Of a stretch of DNA of 64,000 nt, positions 11,289-24,057 are shown one piece after another (position 1 is the stretch's first letter; every line of letters begins with the position of its first letter). A program made the translations under genes and the position numbers. The DNA comes from Anolis carolinensis (lineage: Eukaryota). Location: contig NC_085842.1 in the NCBI RefSeq assembly GCF_035594765.1, positions 162,763,036-162,827,035 on the forward strand, read 5' to 3'. The notes under the pieces were generated by a model that saw nothing but the letters and a program-made list of their open reading frames with translations, made no database searches and was not told the DNA's origin.

Positions 11289-13568
11289 TATTAAATAAAT
11301 ATACAGTATTTGAAACTATGCAAGGGGGGTTTATATATCTGTGGAAGGCCAGGGTGGGAGAAAGAACTCTTGTCTGTTGGGGCCAAGTGTGAATGTTGTA
11401 ATTAATCACCCTGATTAGTATTTAATGGCCTTGCAGCTTCAAGGCCTGGCTGATTCCTGCCTGAGGAATCCTTTGTTGGGAGGTGTTATCTAGCCCTGAT
11501 TGTTTATGTCTGGAATTCCCCTGTTTTCTGAGTGCTGTTCTTTATTTTCTGTCCTAATTTTAGAGTTTTTTATATTGGTAGCCAGATTTTGTTCATTTTC
11601 ATGGTTTCCTCCTTTCTGTTGAAATTGTCCACATGCTTGTGGATTTCAATAGCGTCTCTGTGTAGTCTGACATGGTGGTTGTTAGAGTGGTCCACCATTT
11701 CTGTGTTCTCAAATAATATACTGTGTCTAGGTTGGTTCATCAAGTGCTCTGCTATGGCTGACTTCTCTGGTTGAGTTAATCTGCAGTGCCTTTCATGTTC
11801 CTTGATTCGGGTTTGGGCAATGCTATGTTTGGTTGTCCCTATGTAGACTTGTCCAGAGCTGCATCGTATATGTTAGACTCCTGCAGAGGTGAGAGGATCC
11901 CTCTTGCCCTTTGCTGGAACGTAGGTAGTCTGTAGATAGTTTGTAGGTTGTGTTCCTTCATTAGCTTTCCTATGTCATCAGTGGTTCTCTTGGTGTATGG
12001 TAAGAACACCTTTCCTCTGGGTGGATCTTTGTCTTTACTCCTGTGGCTTGTTCTTGATCTTGCAGCTCTTCTGATGTCTGTGGTTTCCATTGGCCTGTAG
12101 AGCCCAGTTTAGGTGGTTCACCTTGGAGGAGATGGGGTTCACAGATTCTTTTTGCATGGTCTGCCAGGGCTTTAATTGTGCTTCTTTTTTTACTTGGGTG
12201 ATGGTTGGAGTTTTCTATTTGTGTGTGCAGGTTTTCTGTAAACTGTGTGGCCCAATTGTTGATTGGGTTTGCGGGTGAATAGGACATCTAGAAATTGCAG
12301 TTTTCCTTCGTTTTCTTTTTCCATGGTGAATTGGATATTTGGGTGGACTGGATGCTTTTGAGGTGGTCCAGGAACTTGTTTAGTTCTTCTTCCCCATGGC
12401 TCCAAATGGTGAAGGTGTCATCAACATATCTGAACCATATAATGGGCTTTTTGGTGCTGTTTCAGGAATCTCCTGACTCTAAGCAAACAGTCTCTATGGT
12501 GACTTCCTACCTTTGTGGCTACTGCACCTGGAGGTTTTTTCCTGCTACTGTCATGTGCACCAATGTGTGTTGCCAACAAGATTCTGTCCATAGATTCCAA
12601 GCCCACAAGACCCTACCCTGTCTTCAGAGAAACAGCAGAGAGGCAGCCACACAAGTGCACGCATTCATGATTTACTTTCTGTTTCTAGACCTTGTAAATG
12701 CATGCCAATATCTCATCACCATCCTGTTCTTCAGAGGGTTGATTGCTAAACTTACAGATTGATCTAAGATGAGACTGACTTGATATAGGAACTAATGAGG
12801 TTGAAAGACACAAATGTCTTCCTAAAGAAGATAAGGCAGGGGCCATGACTCATTCTTGGTATATCACTCTCCTTTCCCTTCTGATAGGAATGGATAGATT
12901 TGCAGAAACATGATGGGGCTCTGCAATAAAAGAAGCAAAGTGACAGGTGGACACAGGCCCCATGGAGCAGGGAAGAAAGCCAAAGAATTAGCATGGTAGT
13001 CATTAGCAGAATGACTGCACTTCTGTTGTTTTGAAAAATCTGGATCTCTTGGCTGGGTTCCTCCATCACATCAGCACAGCATAAACATCCACTGGCAGAG
13101 TTACATTATGCTTATATTACACAGACCCTATATTGAATACCAACATTGCCCAACATATGTGGACAAATAGTCAGTGTACTTGGCTGACATCCCATTGCAC
13201 AATTGCACTTGCTGCAGCACTTAAGGAAAACATGTAACAATTTGTTTGTAGGGCGTTTGTTTGTTTGTTTGTTTTGTTTTTTTGGTGTGGTCCTGTTTGT
13301 CTTCATAGTTGCTGTGCACTTCGTACTACTTTCCAAAACTTTAGTACGCATAGTTACTTGTATCAATAAAATGTCATGTGTATATGCCTAGCATCCCATT
13401 AGTGACCTATGTAGGTGTTCCTTGTATAACGCAACAAACCCTGTGTATGTCACTGAGAGGATGACAGGCATATAAAAATACTATAAATGTGTACATCATT
13501 TTGAAAAAAGCAGTCATCAAAATGTGATACACTTCTGGCTCAATTACTGTGCAGTTCCTATGCTTACA

Positions 13569-14108
13569 GCAGAGTTTTCCAAACTGTGTATCATGACACT
13601 TTAATGTGTCAGCTGCAGTGTGTAGGTTTTTCATGCAAATGTAAAGAGAAATGACAAAAATCTCATGACATATGTTGTGTTTCCATATATTTTGTTATTA
13701 CAGTTTATGTATGTGTCCATATAGCTTACAAGGCTTGCTAGTAAAACTGAATTACTATGTTGTGAAATGATGCATGTCTAAAAAGTGTGTCATCAACATG
13801 AAATGTTTGGAAAGCCCTGCATTAGTGTGTCGGCTGCAACATATTGGTGTGTTGCACAGATGTAATGAGAAACCTCTGAGTCTATATGAAATAAGCAATA
13901 GATCATATTTTAAAATAAATAAATGAAAGGTTTTCATGGGACATGTTGTGTCTCCATACATTTCATTATTACAATGCATGTATGTATCAGTATCTCTTAC
14001 AAGGTGTTGATTTAACCTCTGGATTGCTATTAAAACTGAATTACTGTGTTGCAAAATGATGCATGTCTTAAAAGTGTTTCACTAACATGAAATGTTTGGA
14101 AAGCTCTG
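13569..14108. mobile_element. hAT-like MITE followed by a tandem partial second copy
   Basis: TIR cagagttttccaaac / gtttggaaagccctg (13569-13819); related copy ending gtttggaaagctctg at 14108. Confidence 0.7.
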
Positions 14109-14112
14109 ACCT

Positions 14113-14263
14113 AGGGCCCTTCCATGCAACCATATAACCCAGAATATCAAGGCAGCATATCCCACAATATCTGCTTTGAACTGGGATATCTCAGTCTACA
14201 CTGCCATATATTCCAGTTCAAAGCAGAACATGTGAGATTTTATTCAGCTGTGTGGCGGGGGGC
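14113..14263. mobile_element. PIF/Harbinger-like MITE
   Basis: Same family as 3892-4040. Confidence 0.7.
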
Positions 14264-15767
14264 CTTACAGAGTAGATTCTCTGGGGAATTTCTCTTCCAG
14301 AATCTTTTCAAGATGTATCACAGTTCTGAAGAATCATTGGAGAAGTTATGGTTGGCATCCATGTATTCCCATTCTATGTGTACCTCTATGTGGTTCAAAG
14401 GCTTCCACTCTTTGCCTATGATATTCCTATCATAGGCAGGCTAGCAGTTCTCTCCACTGCTGACACATGCCAGTCCCAAGTTCAACAACTATGCGATGGG
14501 ACCCATGCATGTTTACAGTTGAGTATACAGACAGCACCTTCGTATGGATGGCAACTGTGTTGTGAGTAAATATACATCACATTAGCAGCAACCAAGGCTG
14601 TGGACAGCATATAGGGATGACTAATGTGCATAACTCTATGATGTCCTTGTACACTAAAATAATTGCTGGGGAACCCCATTTTTGTTCCAGCTACAATAGA
14701 AGCTGCAACTAAATTCATAGAGAACATGAAAGCTTGAAGAGGTGGCAGATGATCCCTGCTAATAAAAAATCAAGTGAATCTGTAGCAGTCATCCATGGCT
14801 TTGGGTCCCTTGTAGCTATATTGCTACATTTGTGGTTTGGATCTGAAATCTCTTAGTAATGCTTCAGCATTTTCTGCTGGTATAGTGTGGGATTGAAATT
14901 CAAGGAGGACACCAGAGCTCCAGTATCTGCACCAGATGTATATTGTCACTGAGAATCAGTGATAGCTGATGACTCATTCAATGGGGGCAGCAATTCTGGT
15001 CTGGATTTTGATCCAAACTCTAAAGAAGCTATCCAAGGCCCCATCTACACTGCCACATAATGCAGTTTGAAATGGCATCAGTAGAGTCATATAATGCAGT
15101 TTAACACATGGGGCCCAATGCCTTTGGATTCTTCATTTTGGATCATTACGTTAATGTTCTGAGTGAAACCCAGAGTGCATTCATTTTCCCATTAACATGA
15201 AAACATTTGCATTTAATGCTAGAATCTAGATAGTTTTCATGTATCAAGCCCATGAAATGTTCAGCCTAGCAAACTTTAGGGATTGCACATGATACCCTAT
15301 TATGGAGAAGAGGAGTCATGTTATGTGGACCTGTCCTAAATCTTCTCCCCAATGCATCTCTTTGTGATCATAAAGTTTGTACTAAGAAAGAACACCTGAA
15401 CACTTATTCACAAAAAGTGACATAGCGATAAATATTAAAATGTAGAGCCTAACATGAACAATTTTATTTGTCATCAATCCAAGGAGAATCCAAAAATGCA
15501 GGTGACTGTGTTGATTTATAGTTTAAAAAATCCTTTGCTAGATTTTTGCTGTCTTTGCCATAAGTAGGTCTTTTGTAAAGTGAATGATCTTGTTTACACA
15601 AAAGTGAACAATACGCAAATACTTTGGATTACAACAGGGCAAATCACTGTTGATGAGGAAACACATTTTTCCTCCAGCTACCATAGAAGTTGCAGTTAAA
15701 TTCATAGATGACAAGAAAGCTTGAAGAGGTGGCAAATGATTCCTGCTAATAAAATAATAATAATAAA

Positions 15768-15948
15768 TGGAAACAATAGACATTGACAAAATTACAACCT
15801 GCCAACTGCAAAAGGCCACCCTACTGGGATCTGCTCTCATCATCCGAAAATACATCACACAGTCCTAAATGCTTGGGAAGTGTTCGACTTGTGATATGAA
15901 ATCCAGCATATCTTTGTTGTTTGCTGTGCCAGACTATGTCGTCGTGTC
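15768..15948 (+). mobile_element. R4/Dong-clade non-LTR retrotransposon 3' fragment
   Basis: Encodes ETIDIDKITTCQLQKATLLGSALIIRKYITQS*; flanked by (TAA)n on both sides. Confidence 0.7.
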
Positions 15949-16090
15949 AATAATAATAATAATACTTTATTTCTATTCCGTCCTATCTCCCCGAAGGGAC
16001 TCAGGACGGATTCCAACAAATAACGGCATTCATAAAACAGATAGATATTGGCATAAAATCCCAACAAGACCCCACATATGAAAACAGCGT
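15949..16090 (-). mobile_element. L2-like 3' tail
   Basis: Reverse complement of the 7570-7680 tail; similar copy at 63418-63600. Confidence 0.65.
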
Positions 16091-17909
16091 TATATAGGGA
16101 AACTTTAAATTGGAATGCTTTTTTTTTCCAAGTACATCCCAGACAAATCTTTGAATGGAAGACTTCAGCCTCTTCCTAGTCCCACATCAGATCTGATGTT
16201 GGAAGAAAAACATAAAGCCACCTTTTAAATATGGAGCTTGCATAATAAAATCCAGAAACAGAAGACTCCTCTTGGGATGTTGCGCAAATTGCACCAGCTG
16301 TTCTGAGGAAATAGGCAGGAGGTGCAGCCAAATGCTCTAAAAGGTTGCCTACTCTCTCAGATCCCATTGGAATTGCTCAGACCAGCTATGATCCCGTTTC
16401 CTAACTTGTGCAGCTTACTAGTTTAAAAAATGGAATTTCTCCCTATTCAAATAGGCATGAGTGTTGCTGCCCCCTGCACCCCATATCTAATAACTCTTGG
16501 GGTGAAAGTAATACGAACTAAATCCATATGAATTAAATCACAGCATTAAGGAATCAATTAAAAACAATTAAGAGAAGCAGAAGGCAAATCAGGCAACAAC
16601 AAGAAAATAAACATCTAAATAGACTCACTGAATCAGCTGATTACTGCTAAACCAACACTTAGGTAAATCCCATTGAGTCAATGAGTCTGTGTCTAGTTGG
16701 TGCTGAAAGTCAGATTTAGGCCAGAAATAAATCAACACACAATAGTTACAGAAATAAAAGAGTGTTTAAAAGCCCAGCAGGATAAAAGGGTCTTTGCCTA
16801 AAGGCAAAAAAATAACAAAATAAGAATTATTATTCCATAATTTCTCTCTGTGTGTACTATAGCTAAGGCTACTTTTGAACTACAACTAAGTCCACCTGTG
16901 AGGGTCTCTGTCCACATCTCTGGGCTCGGTAGAAATGTCCCACAAATGCGGATCCTTCAGATAATGTGGGCCCAGGTCATAAATGTCCTTCAGAACATCT
17001 ATGAGAACATCAAAATACAAGAGGAAACATGTTGCTGGATCAGATCATAGTCTTCCCTTGTTAAAGCTCACAAAGTGGCCAAACAGTTGTCTCTAAGAAG
17101 CTCCCAGGTTCAGAGCACCATTTCTTTTCTTTGTAATGTTTATAGCACCTCCTTGATGAACTTGTCCAATCTCCTTTCAAACCGACCCAACGGATGCCCA
17201 TCACTAAAGCTTGTGGTCATGAAGTCAACCGTTTAATGATGCATTGTTTGAAAAATTGCTTCCTTTTATCTTGGATCTACCACCACCCAACTGCAGTTTG
17301 TGTCCCCAGGTTCTACAGTTCTATGTAAGGGCTGGAGGAAGGGCCAACCATGGTACTTAAGTCACTAATATCCCTCAGAAATATCTTTCAGATACTGTGG
17401 CCCCTCGTTACTAGCCTGTTTCCACACTGCAGAAGTATAGCAGTTTGACACCACGTTGACTGCTATGGCTCAATTCAGTTTAACTCAATCCATGGAAATC
17501 CTCAGCTCTGGGATTTGTAGTTAATTGAAATGTTTATCCTTCTCTGTAAAGAACCTAAGGGTTAAAAGATGTTCTGCAGAATGGTTTTTTCACTGGTTAA
17601 ATTACCAGAAATAGTGCCCTGGCAAAATCAGCTTGAGAAAACACACACGTTTAAGCTTTGCAAAGCCATGCCCTGTGGGAAAGCAGAGTTAAGAAGCCTC
17701 CTTAGAACCAAAGTGCTTCCATTTTGATATTAATTCTCATTTCGATCCCCTCCTTTTAGCTAGGCTAAAGGGGTCTGTATTAACATGTCAAAAAGTTAAT
17801 TCAGTTCTCACTGGCCTTTATATATACAAAATAACCGCTTAAGGACAGAAGTAAATCGCGCTATATTGCAACTAAAGACTGTATGACTAAACAATTGTCC
17901 TTTGTGTGT

Positions 17910-18450
17910 TGTCAAATGCTTTCATAGCCATAATCACTGGGTTGCTGTGAGTTTTCCAGGCTGTATGGCCATGTTCCAGAAGCATTCTCTCCTGACATTT
18001 CACTCACATCTATGGCAGGCATCCTCAGAGGTTGTGAGGTTTGTTGGAAACTAGGCAAGTGGGGTTTATGTATCTGTGGAAGGTCCAGGGTGGGAGAAAG
18101 AACTATTGTCTGTTGGAGGCAGGTGTGAATGTTGCAATTAATCACCTTGATTAGCATTGAAAAGCCTTGTAGCCTCAAAGCCTGGCTGCTTCCTGCCTGG
18201 GATCCTTTGTTGGGAGGTGTTAACTGGCTCTGATTGTTTCTTGTGTGGAATTCCTCTGTTTTCTGAGTGTTGTTCTTTATTTACAGTCCTGATTTTAGAG
18301 TTTTTTTTAATACTGGTAGCCAGATTTGGTTTATTTTCATGGTTTCCTCCTTTCTGTTGAAATTGTCCAAACGCTTGTGGATTTCAATGGCTTCTCTGTG
18401 TAGTTTGACATGGTAGTTGTTAGAGTGGTCCAGCATTTCTGTGTTCTCAA
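17910..18450 (-). mobile_element. Penelope-like element 3' fragment
   Basis: Colinear with 9035-9131 plus 11305-11712, without the nested insertions. Confidence 0.9.
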
Positions 18451-19006
18451 AAGCTTATCACAAAATGAACTTATACATTTGCAAAAAAAAAAAAAAAACA
18501 ATCAATAATCTGTTCCTCTTGAGCCATGAAAGAAGGTGGTCTGTCTGCATTCTTGACAAAGTCAGCGGAAACCCTTTGATCAAAGACAAGCCTGGACCCT
18601 AATCTTCCTCTTCTGGCTTGAGAATCCTGGGATTCCAGTCCCTGCCCCTACAGTGCCACAGAGAAACTAAAAATTCCAAGATTCCATAGGATGGAGCTAT
18701 GGCAGTCAAAGTGGTGTCAAACTGTGACAATTCTGCACAGCGGATGGTCTTCTGGTTCCTATGGGAGGAACTTCAGTCCTCAGCTTCTCCTTATTGCAAC
18801 ACCAGTCACCTAGAAACTGAATTACTGCTGCCATGGGGTGCGATGGAGTGGACTAGGCGTCTCATGCATGGTTCTAAATTTCTCAGATAATTTGAAATCT
18901 GCCTGGAAGTAGCTCCCATACCATCACAGGAGCAACCCAAGGACTCAACACTTTCCCGGAAACACGTAATTCGTTGTTGAAAGCTTTCATCACAGAGTGA
19001 TGTGCA

Positions 19007-19188
19007 TTTTCTGGGCTGTATGGCCATGTTCCAGAAGTATTCACTCCTGACATTTCGTCCACATCTATGGCAGGCATCCTCAGAGGTTGTGAAGTATATA
19101 CTTCACAACCTCTGAAAATGCCTGCCATAGATGTGGGTGAAACGTCAGGAGAGAATACTTCTGGAACATGGCCATACAGCCCAGAAAA
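19007..19188. mobile_element. Inverted pair of Penelope terminal repeats (91-bp arms, no spacer)
   Basis: Symmetry centre gaagtat|atacttc at 19097/19098. Confidence 0.9.
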
Positions 19189-20029
19189 CACACAACAATC
19201 CAATACATAATTCCTTTCTGCCAGGAAGAGACAAAGCAAAAGGCAAAAGGAAAAAGAAGGCCTTTTTCCTCTGAATTCTCTCAATACCTTATGAAGGTAT
19301 TAAGAATAAGTAAGAAAAATCCAGCTCTGTTACTGAACCTAATTGACTGCAAATTAGGAATCGAAGCACAGCATGAGTGGGAGACTACTTAGAAATATTT
19401 TAATTAACAAATAATACGACTACATTTTCAGCCTTGAAGGCATGTAATGCTGGCTTAGGCATGAAGAGTTTATGCATATGAAATACTCATACATGAAGCA
19501 GCAGCCTGTGCCCTTCATCTCAGGCTCCATCTATACAGGGATAAAGGGAGGATTGGTCTGTACAGAAACACACATACTCCCGCTGGAGTGCACCTCTAGC
19601 CCAATAACAACACGTTTTAAAAAGTCGGAAAATGGCAATGAAATACACTGCAGCTGACTAGTGTATGAGAAAAATAATTTGGGAGCAACATGCACAGCAC
19701 TCATGGAAACAGCACCACTACTGGAATATCCAGATGCAGGGACCAGATATAGCGCTCTCCGGAGGGTTACATTCCCCTCCCCGGAGAAGAAATTGCTTTC
19801 CCTTTTTTGTTTTCTTCTTGCCATGATTCCCATCTATGATGCTCATCCAGTGGGCTGCCTCTGTTGAGTGCATCTCTCCCAAAAGGGTAAGGAAAAAAAA
19901 TCTATATGTTGGATCGATTTGCCATGAGGAAAGCTCTGTAGACATTGCAGGAACTTCTTCATGGTTCCCAGGTTCCTTGTGGAGACACCCAGATGTGGAA
20001 CTGGGTCTTTTTAATCCAAGTTCTGATGT

Positions 20030-20850
20030 GAAAAAGATCTTGGAGTCTTAGTAGACCACAAGTTGGGCATGAACCAACAGTGTGATGCCTCAGCTAAAAA
20101 AGCCAATAGGATTTTGAGCTGGATCAAAAGTATAGATCAAGGGAAGTAATGGTGCCCTTCTATTTTGCTTTGGTCAGACCTCACCTGGGATATTGTGTCC
20201 AATTCTGGGCTCCACAGTTTAAAAGAGATATTGACCAGCTAGAATGTGTCCCCACATCCCTCTACGAAGCGGAGCACCTCCAGCAGCCATGTGATGAGGT
20301 CGGAGGACTTGGAGCAATGGGTTCAAATTAAATAGAGAACTTTGTTAATGAATGGCAACCAATGATCCAACATCTCAATGTAAAATAAATCTAAAAATGT
20401 ATATAGGGAAAACTATAAAACTGTAGACAAGGAAGAAATGGATATTAGATTGGAGCCTATGATACCTTTATATGTACTATTTAAATAGAAGATTGTGACC
20501 CCTTAAAGAAAATACATTATCTGAGAAATGATTATGGAACACTAATACCTGGGAACTATTGCACTGTATGCAACAAAAACTTATACATTTATGTCTATTT
20601 AAATAAATAAATAAATAACAAATTACAGGATAGGAGATTCCACCTGAACTTTAGGAAGGACTTCCTGACTGTAGGAGCTGTTCAGCCGTGGAACTCTCTG
20701 CCTCAGAGTTTGATGGAAGCTCCTTCCTTGGAGGCTTTTAAACAGAGGCTGGATGGCCATCTGTTGGAGGTGTTCTGATTGTGCTTTTCCTGCATGGCAG
20801 AGAGTTGGACCAGATGTCCAATGCGGTCTCTTCCAACTCTATGATTCTAT
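20030..20850 (+). mobile_element. Degenerate CR1 3' fragment with internal deletion and L1-like insertion
   Basis: [17 protein letters not shown] motif; 3'UTR and attctatg tail at ~20850. Confidence 0.88.
20331..20618 (+). mobile_element. L1/Tx1-like LINE 3' fragment inserted in CR1
   Basis: IENFVNEWQPMIQHLNVK* terminus, (TAAA)n tail, 7-bp TSD caaatta (20324-20330 and 20619-20625). Confidence 0.7.
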
Positions 20851-21152
20851 GCATTTTGTGTGGAAGCAACCTCAATGGGACAATGAATTTGCTCTGGATT
20901 TTACCTGAACCATCCAAAGTGCTGAGCCTATTTTTTTCTTAATAAATTTTTCTTACATTTCTATTCATTCTGTTACAAGAGAAAGAAAAATCTTTACAAT
21001 TCATATAATTAATTCTTTTTCTTTCACCAATGTGCTACTCGTTGTGCCGAGCCTATATAAGAGACAAACCTCCGCATCAAAGATGTCTTCATTAAAGTTT
21101 GGATTCCTTATCCCACTGACATACAAATGCAGATGTGTTAGTAATTCTGTTG

Positions 21153-21444
21153 AGGAGCCCCCGGTGGTGCAGTGGGTTAAATCCTTGTGCCGGCAGGACT
21201 GATGACTTGACAGTTGTGTTGCTGACCTAAAAGTTGCCGGCTCAAATCCAACCTAGGGAGAGCACAGATGAGCTCCCTCTATCAGCTCCAACTCCATGCA
21301 GAGACATGAGAAAAGCCTCCCGTAAGGATGGTAAAAACATCAAAACATCTGGGCATCTCCTGGGCAACATCCTTGCAGACAGTCAATTCTATCACACCAA
21401 AAGCGACTTGCAGTTTCTCAAGTCACTCCTGACACACACAAAAA
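21153..21444 (+). mobile_element. tRNA-derived SINE (Anolis SINE2-like)
   Basis: ggagcccccggtggtgcagtgggttaa head, ..gctcctgacac plus A tail; TSD agtaattctgtt. Confidence 0.88.
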
Positions 21445-22155
21445 GTAATTCTGTTCTTTTACAAGGAAGGAGTAGAGAACCTTCTCTCACAAAAACCTTG
21501 GAAAGAGGTTGCTCTTTTGTTGCTGCTAACAACTATAGAGAAAACCCATCTGCATGAAGTTAGGGAGGAGATGCAGAGGAGCTCACTTTTGAGAGGAATG
21601 CATTTAAGACCTTGGCAGTCATCCCTACGAACCATGTGGAAACTATTTTGGAGCTCTTGAGGAAGACCAAGGCCTTTGGATAGCAGATATTATTCTCTCC
21701 TGGCCAGTTGGATTCTTTGTGACCTAATACGTTAAAATATAAGCCAGTCACAGTCAGCACACACCCAGTAAACTACTCTGAATTTCCTCTCAGAAAAGTG
21801 TCATACCTGAAATATTTTTCTGTGCAACTCACACGTTTCTCCATCCTGTGTGTAAATGTTAACCAGCAGATGGAGTCACTATGTTTTGAAATACGGCAGC
21901 ATCTCTTGGGCTAATCTACTCAACCTGGTGTGAGAAGCAAGCTTATTGTATGTGATAAACAGGAAGGAAGCAATCAAACACAGAAAATGGACTAACATTC
22001 CTGTTCTTCACACCTGTGGATACTTCAGAAGCAATTTTGTCCCAGAGGAACTTAAGGGATGTTTCTCAATTTACAAGTTATTATGTATAGAAATAATGAA
22101 GTGCAGATGTTGTTTAACATGTCTGCAGTAGTGAAATTGATGTATCTTCACTAAA

Positions 22156-23102
22156 CATAGAATCATAGAATCATAGAATCATAGAATAGTAGAGTTGGAA
22201 GAGACCACATGGGCCATCTAGTCCAACCCCCTGCTAAGAAGCAGGAAATCGCATTCAAAGCACCCCCGACAGATGGCCATCCAGCCTCTGCTTAAAAGCC
22301 TCCAAGGAAGGAGCCTCCACCACAGCCCCGGGGAGAGAGTTCCACTGTCGAACAGCTCTCACAGTGAGGAAGTTCTTCCTGATGTTCAGGTGGAATCTCC
22401 TTTCCTGTAGTTTGAAGCCATTGTTCCGTGTCCTAGTCTGCAGGGCAGCAGAAAACAAGCTTGCTCCCTCTTCCTTATGACTTCCCTTCACATATTTGTA
22501 CATGGCTATCATGTCTCCTCTCAGCCTTCTCTTCTGCAGGCTAAACATGCCCAGCTCTTTAAGCCGCTCCTCATAGGGCTTGTTCTCCAGACCCTTAATC
22601 ATTTTAGTCGCCCTCCTCTGGACGCTTTCCAGCTTGTCAACATCTCCCTTCAACTGTGGTGCCCAAAATTGGACACAGTATTCCAGGTGTGGTCTGACCA
22701 AGGCAGAATAGAGGGGGAGCAGGACTTCCCTGGATCTAGACGCTATTCCCCTATTGATGCAGGCCAGAATCCCATTGGCTTTTTTAGCAGCCGCATCACA
22801 TTGTTGGCTCATGTTTAACTTGTTGTCCACGAGGACTCCAAGGTCTTTTTCGCACACACTGCTGTCAAGCCAGGCGTCCCCCATTCTGTATCTTTGATTT
22901 CCATTTTTTCTGCCGAAGTGAAGTATCTTGCATTTGTCCCTGTTGAACTTCATTTTGTTAGTTTTGGCCCATCTCTCTAGTCTGTCAAGATCGTTTTGAA
23001 TTCTGCTCCTGTCTTCTGGAGTGTTGGCTATCCCTCCCAGTTTTGTGTCGTCTGCAAACTTGATGATCGTGCTTTCTAACCCTTCGTCTAAGTCGTTAAT
23101 AA
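22156..23102 (-). mobile_element. Young CR1 LINE, 5'-truncated, with uninterrupted ORF2 3' part
   Basis: ORF 22255-23190 has [14 protein letters not shown] (RT), [11 protein letters not shown]; (ATTCTATG)n tail. Confidence 0.96.
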
Positions 23103-23720
23103 AAACAACACTGCATTGAACTATTCGGACACAATGATAATTCATCTTTCCCATGTCAGTGAATTTGCATGCCTTGTTGGTCAGAGGCAATTTCAGATAG
23201 CCATGTAAATGATTTTAGTTGTGAACTACACAGCAAAAGGGCCTCTAGCCCTCCTCCCTCCTTTCTATGTACTTCTGAATTCTTAATAGACTAAAATTCT
23301 TCTAAAGTACAATTCTAAAGTAAATTCATTTATTACAACTATGCCAGAATTCCTGAAATTCTTCTAAAGTAAATTCTTCCACGTACTACAACTACATCTG
23401 AATTTCTGATAGACTAAAATTCTCCTAAAGCCCCAGTTTGCTAACTTGACAGGCAAAGGAATGTTTTTGATTACTTACATTTCAAACTCACTTGAATCAT
23501 AGTGCTATTATAACTCCAGAAAAAAAACCCACTATGCTTCTGTTGCCTGCCTACAAAGTGCATTTGCTTCGGAATAGGCATCATTTTTGGAGAATCTATT
23601 TGGATTTATATATATTTGAAGTGTCTCCTACCTGTCTCACAATAGAGACTCAAGGTGACATACAACATACCCTACATAGTCATGTATAAGCTTGGAAATT
23701 TGTAAATGTAGAGCCACTTT

Positions 23721-24057
23721 AGGAGCCCCCCCAGTGGCACAACAGATTAAACAGCTGAGCTGCTGAACTGGCTGACCAAAAGGTCAGCAGTTTGAATCCG
23801 GGGAGAAGGATGAGCTCCAGCTGTTAGCCCCAGCTTCTGCCATCCTAGCAGTTTGAAAACATGCAAATGTGAGTAGATCAATAGGTACCGCTATAGTTTG
23901 AAGGTAACAGTGCTCCATGCAGTCATGCTGGCCACATGGCCTTGGAGGTGTCTATGGACAACGCTGGCTCTTCAGCTTAGAAATGGAGATGAGCACCAAC
24001 CCCCAGCGTCGGACATGACTAGACTTAATGTCAGGAGAAAACCTTTACCTTTACCTT
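23721..24057 (+). mobile_element. Sauria SINE
   Basis: Head, core and (ACCTTT)n tail; 12-bp TSD tagagccacttt. Confidence 0.92.

Larger units (their letters stand above)
9035..12455 (-). mobile_element. Penelope-like retroelement, 5'-truncated and frameshifted, with nested insertions at about 9132-11300
   Basis: Minus-strand RT WFRYVDDT (~12414-12437), PNIQFTMEKENEGKLQFLDV..VYRKP, GIY-YIG remnant GV...GQVYIGTT (~11835-11885); 3' repeat at 9035-9131 resumes at ~11305. Confidence 0.92.

Noticed and set aside
21153-21260. tRNA-like A/B boxes
   Set aside because: SINE heads, not tRNA genes; same for the other SINE copies
22255-23190. Longest ORF (311 aa) as a host gene
   Set aside because: It is CR1 ORF2; the first ~28 codons are flanking DNA that happens to be open
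23270-23430. Degenerate aaattcttctaaag repeats
   Set aside because: Low-complexity local slippage with no consistent period
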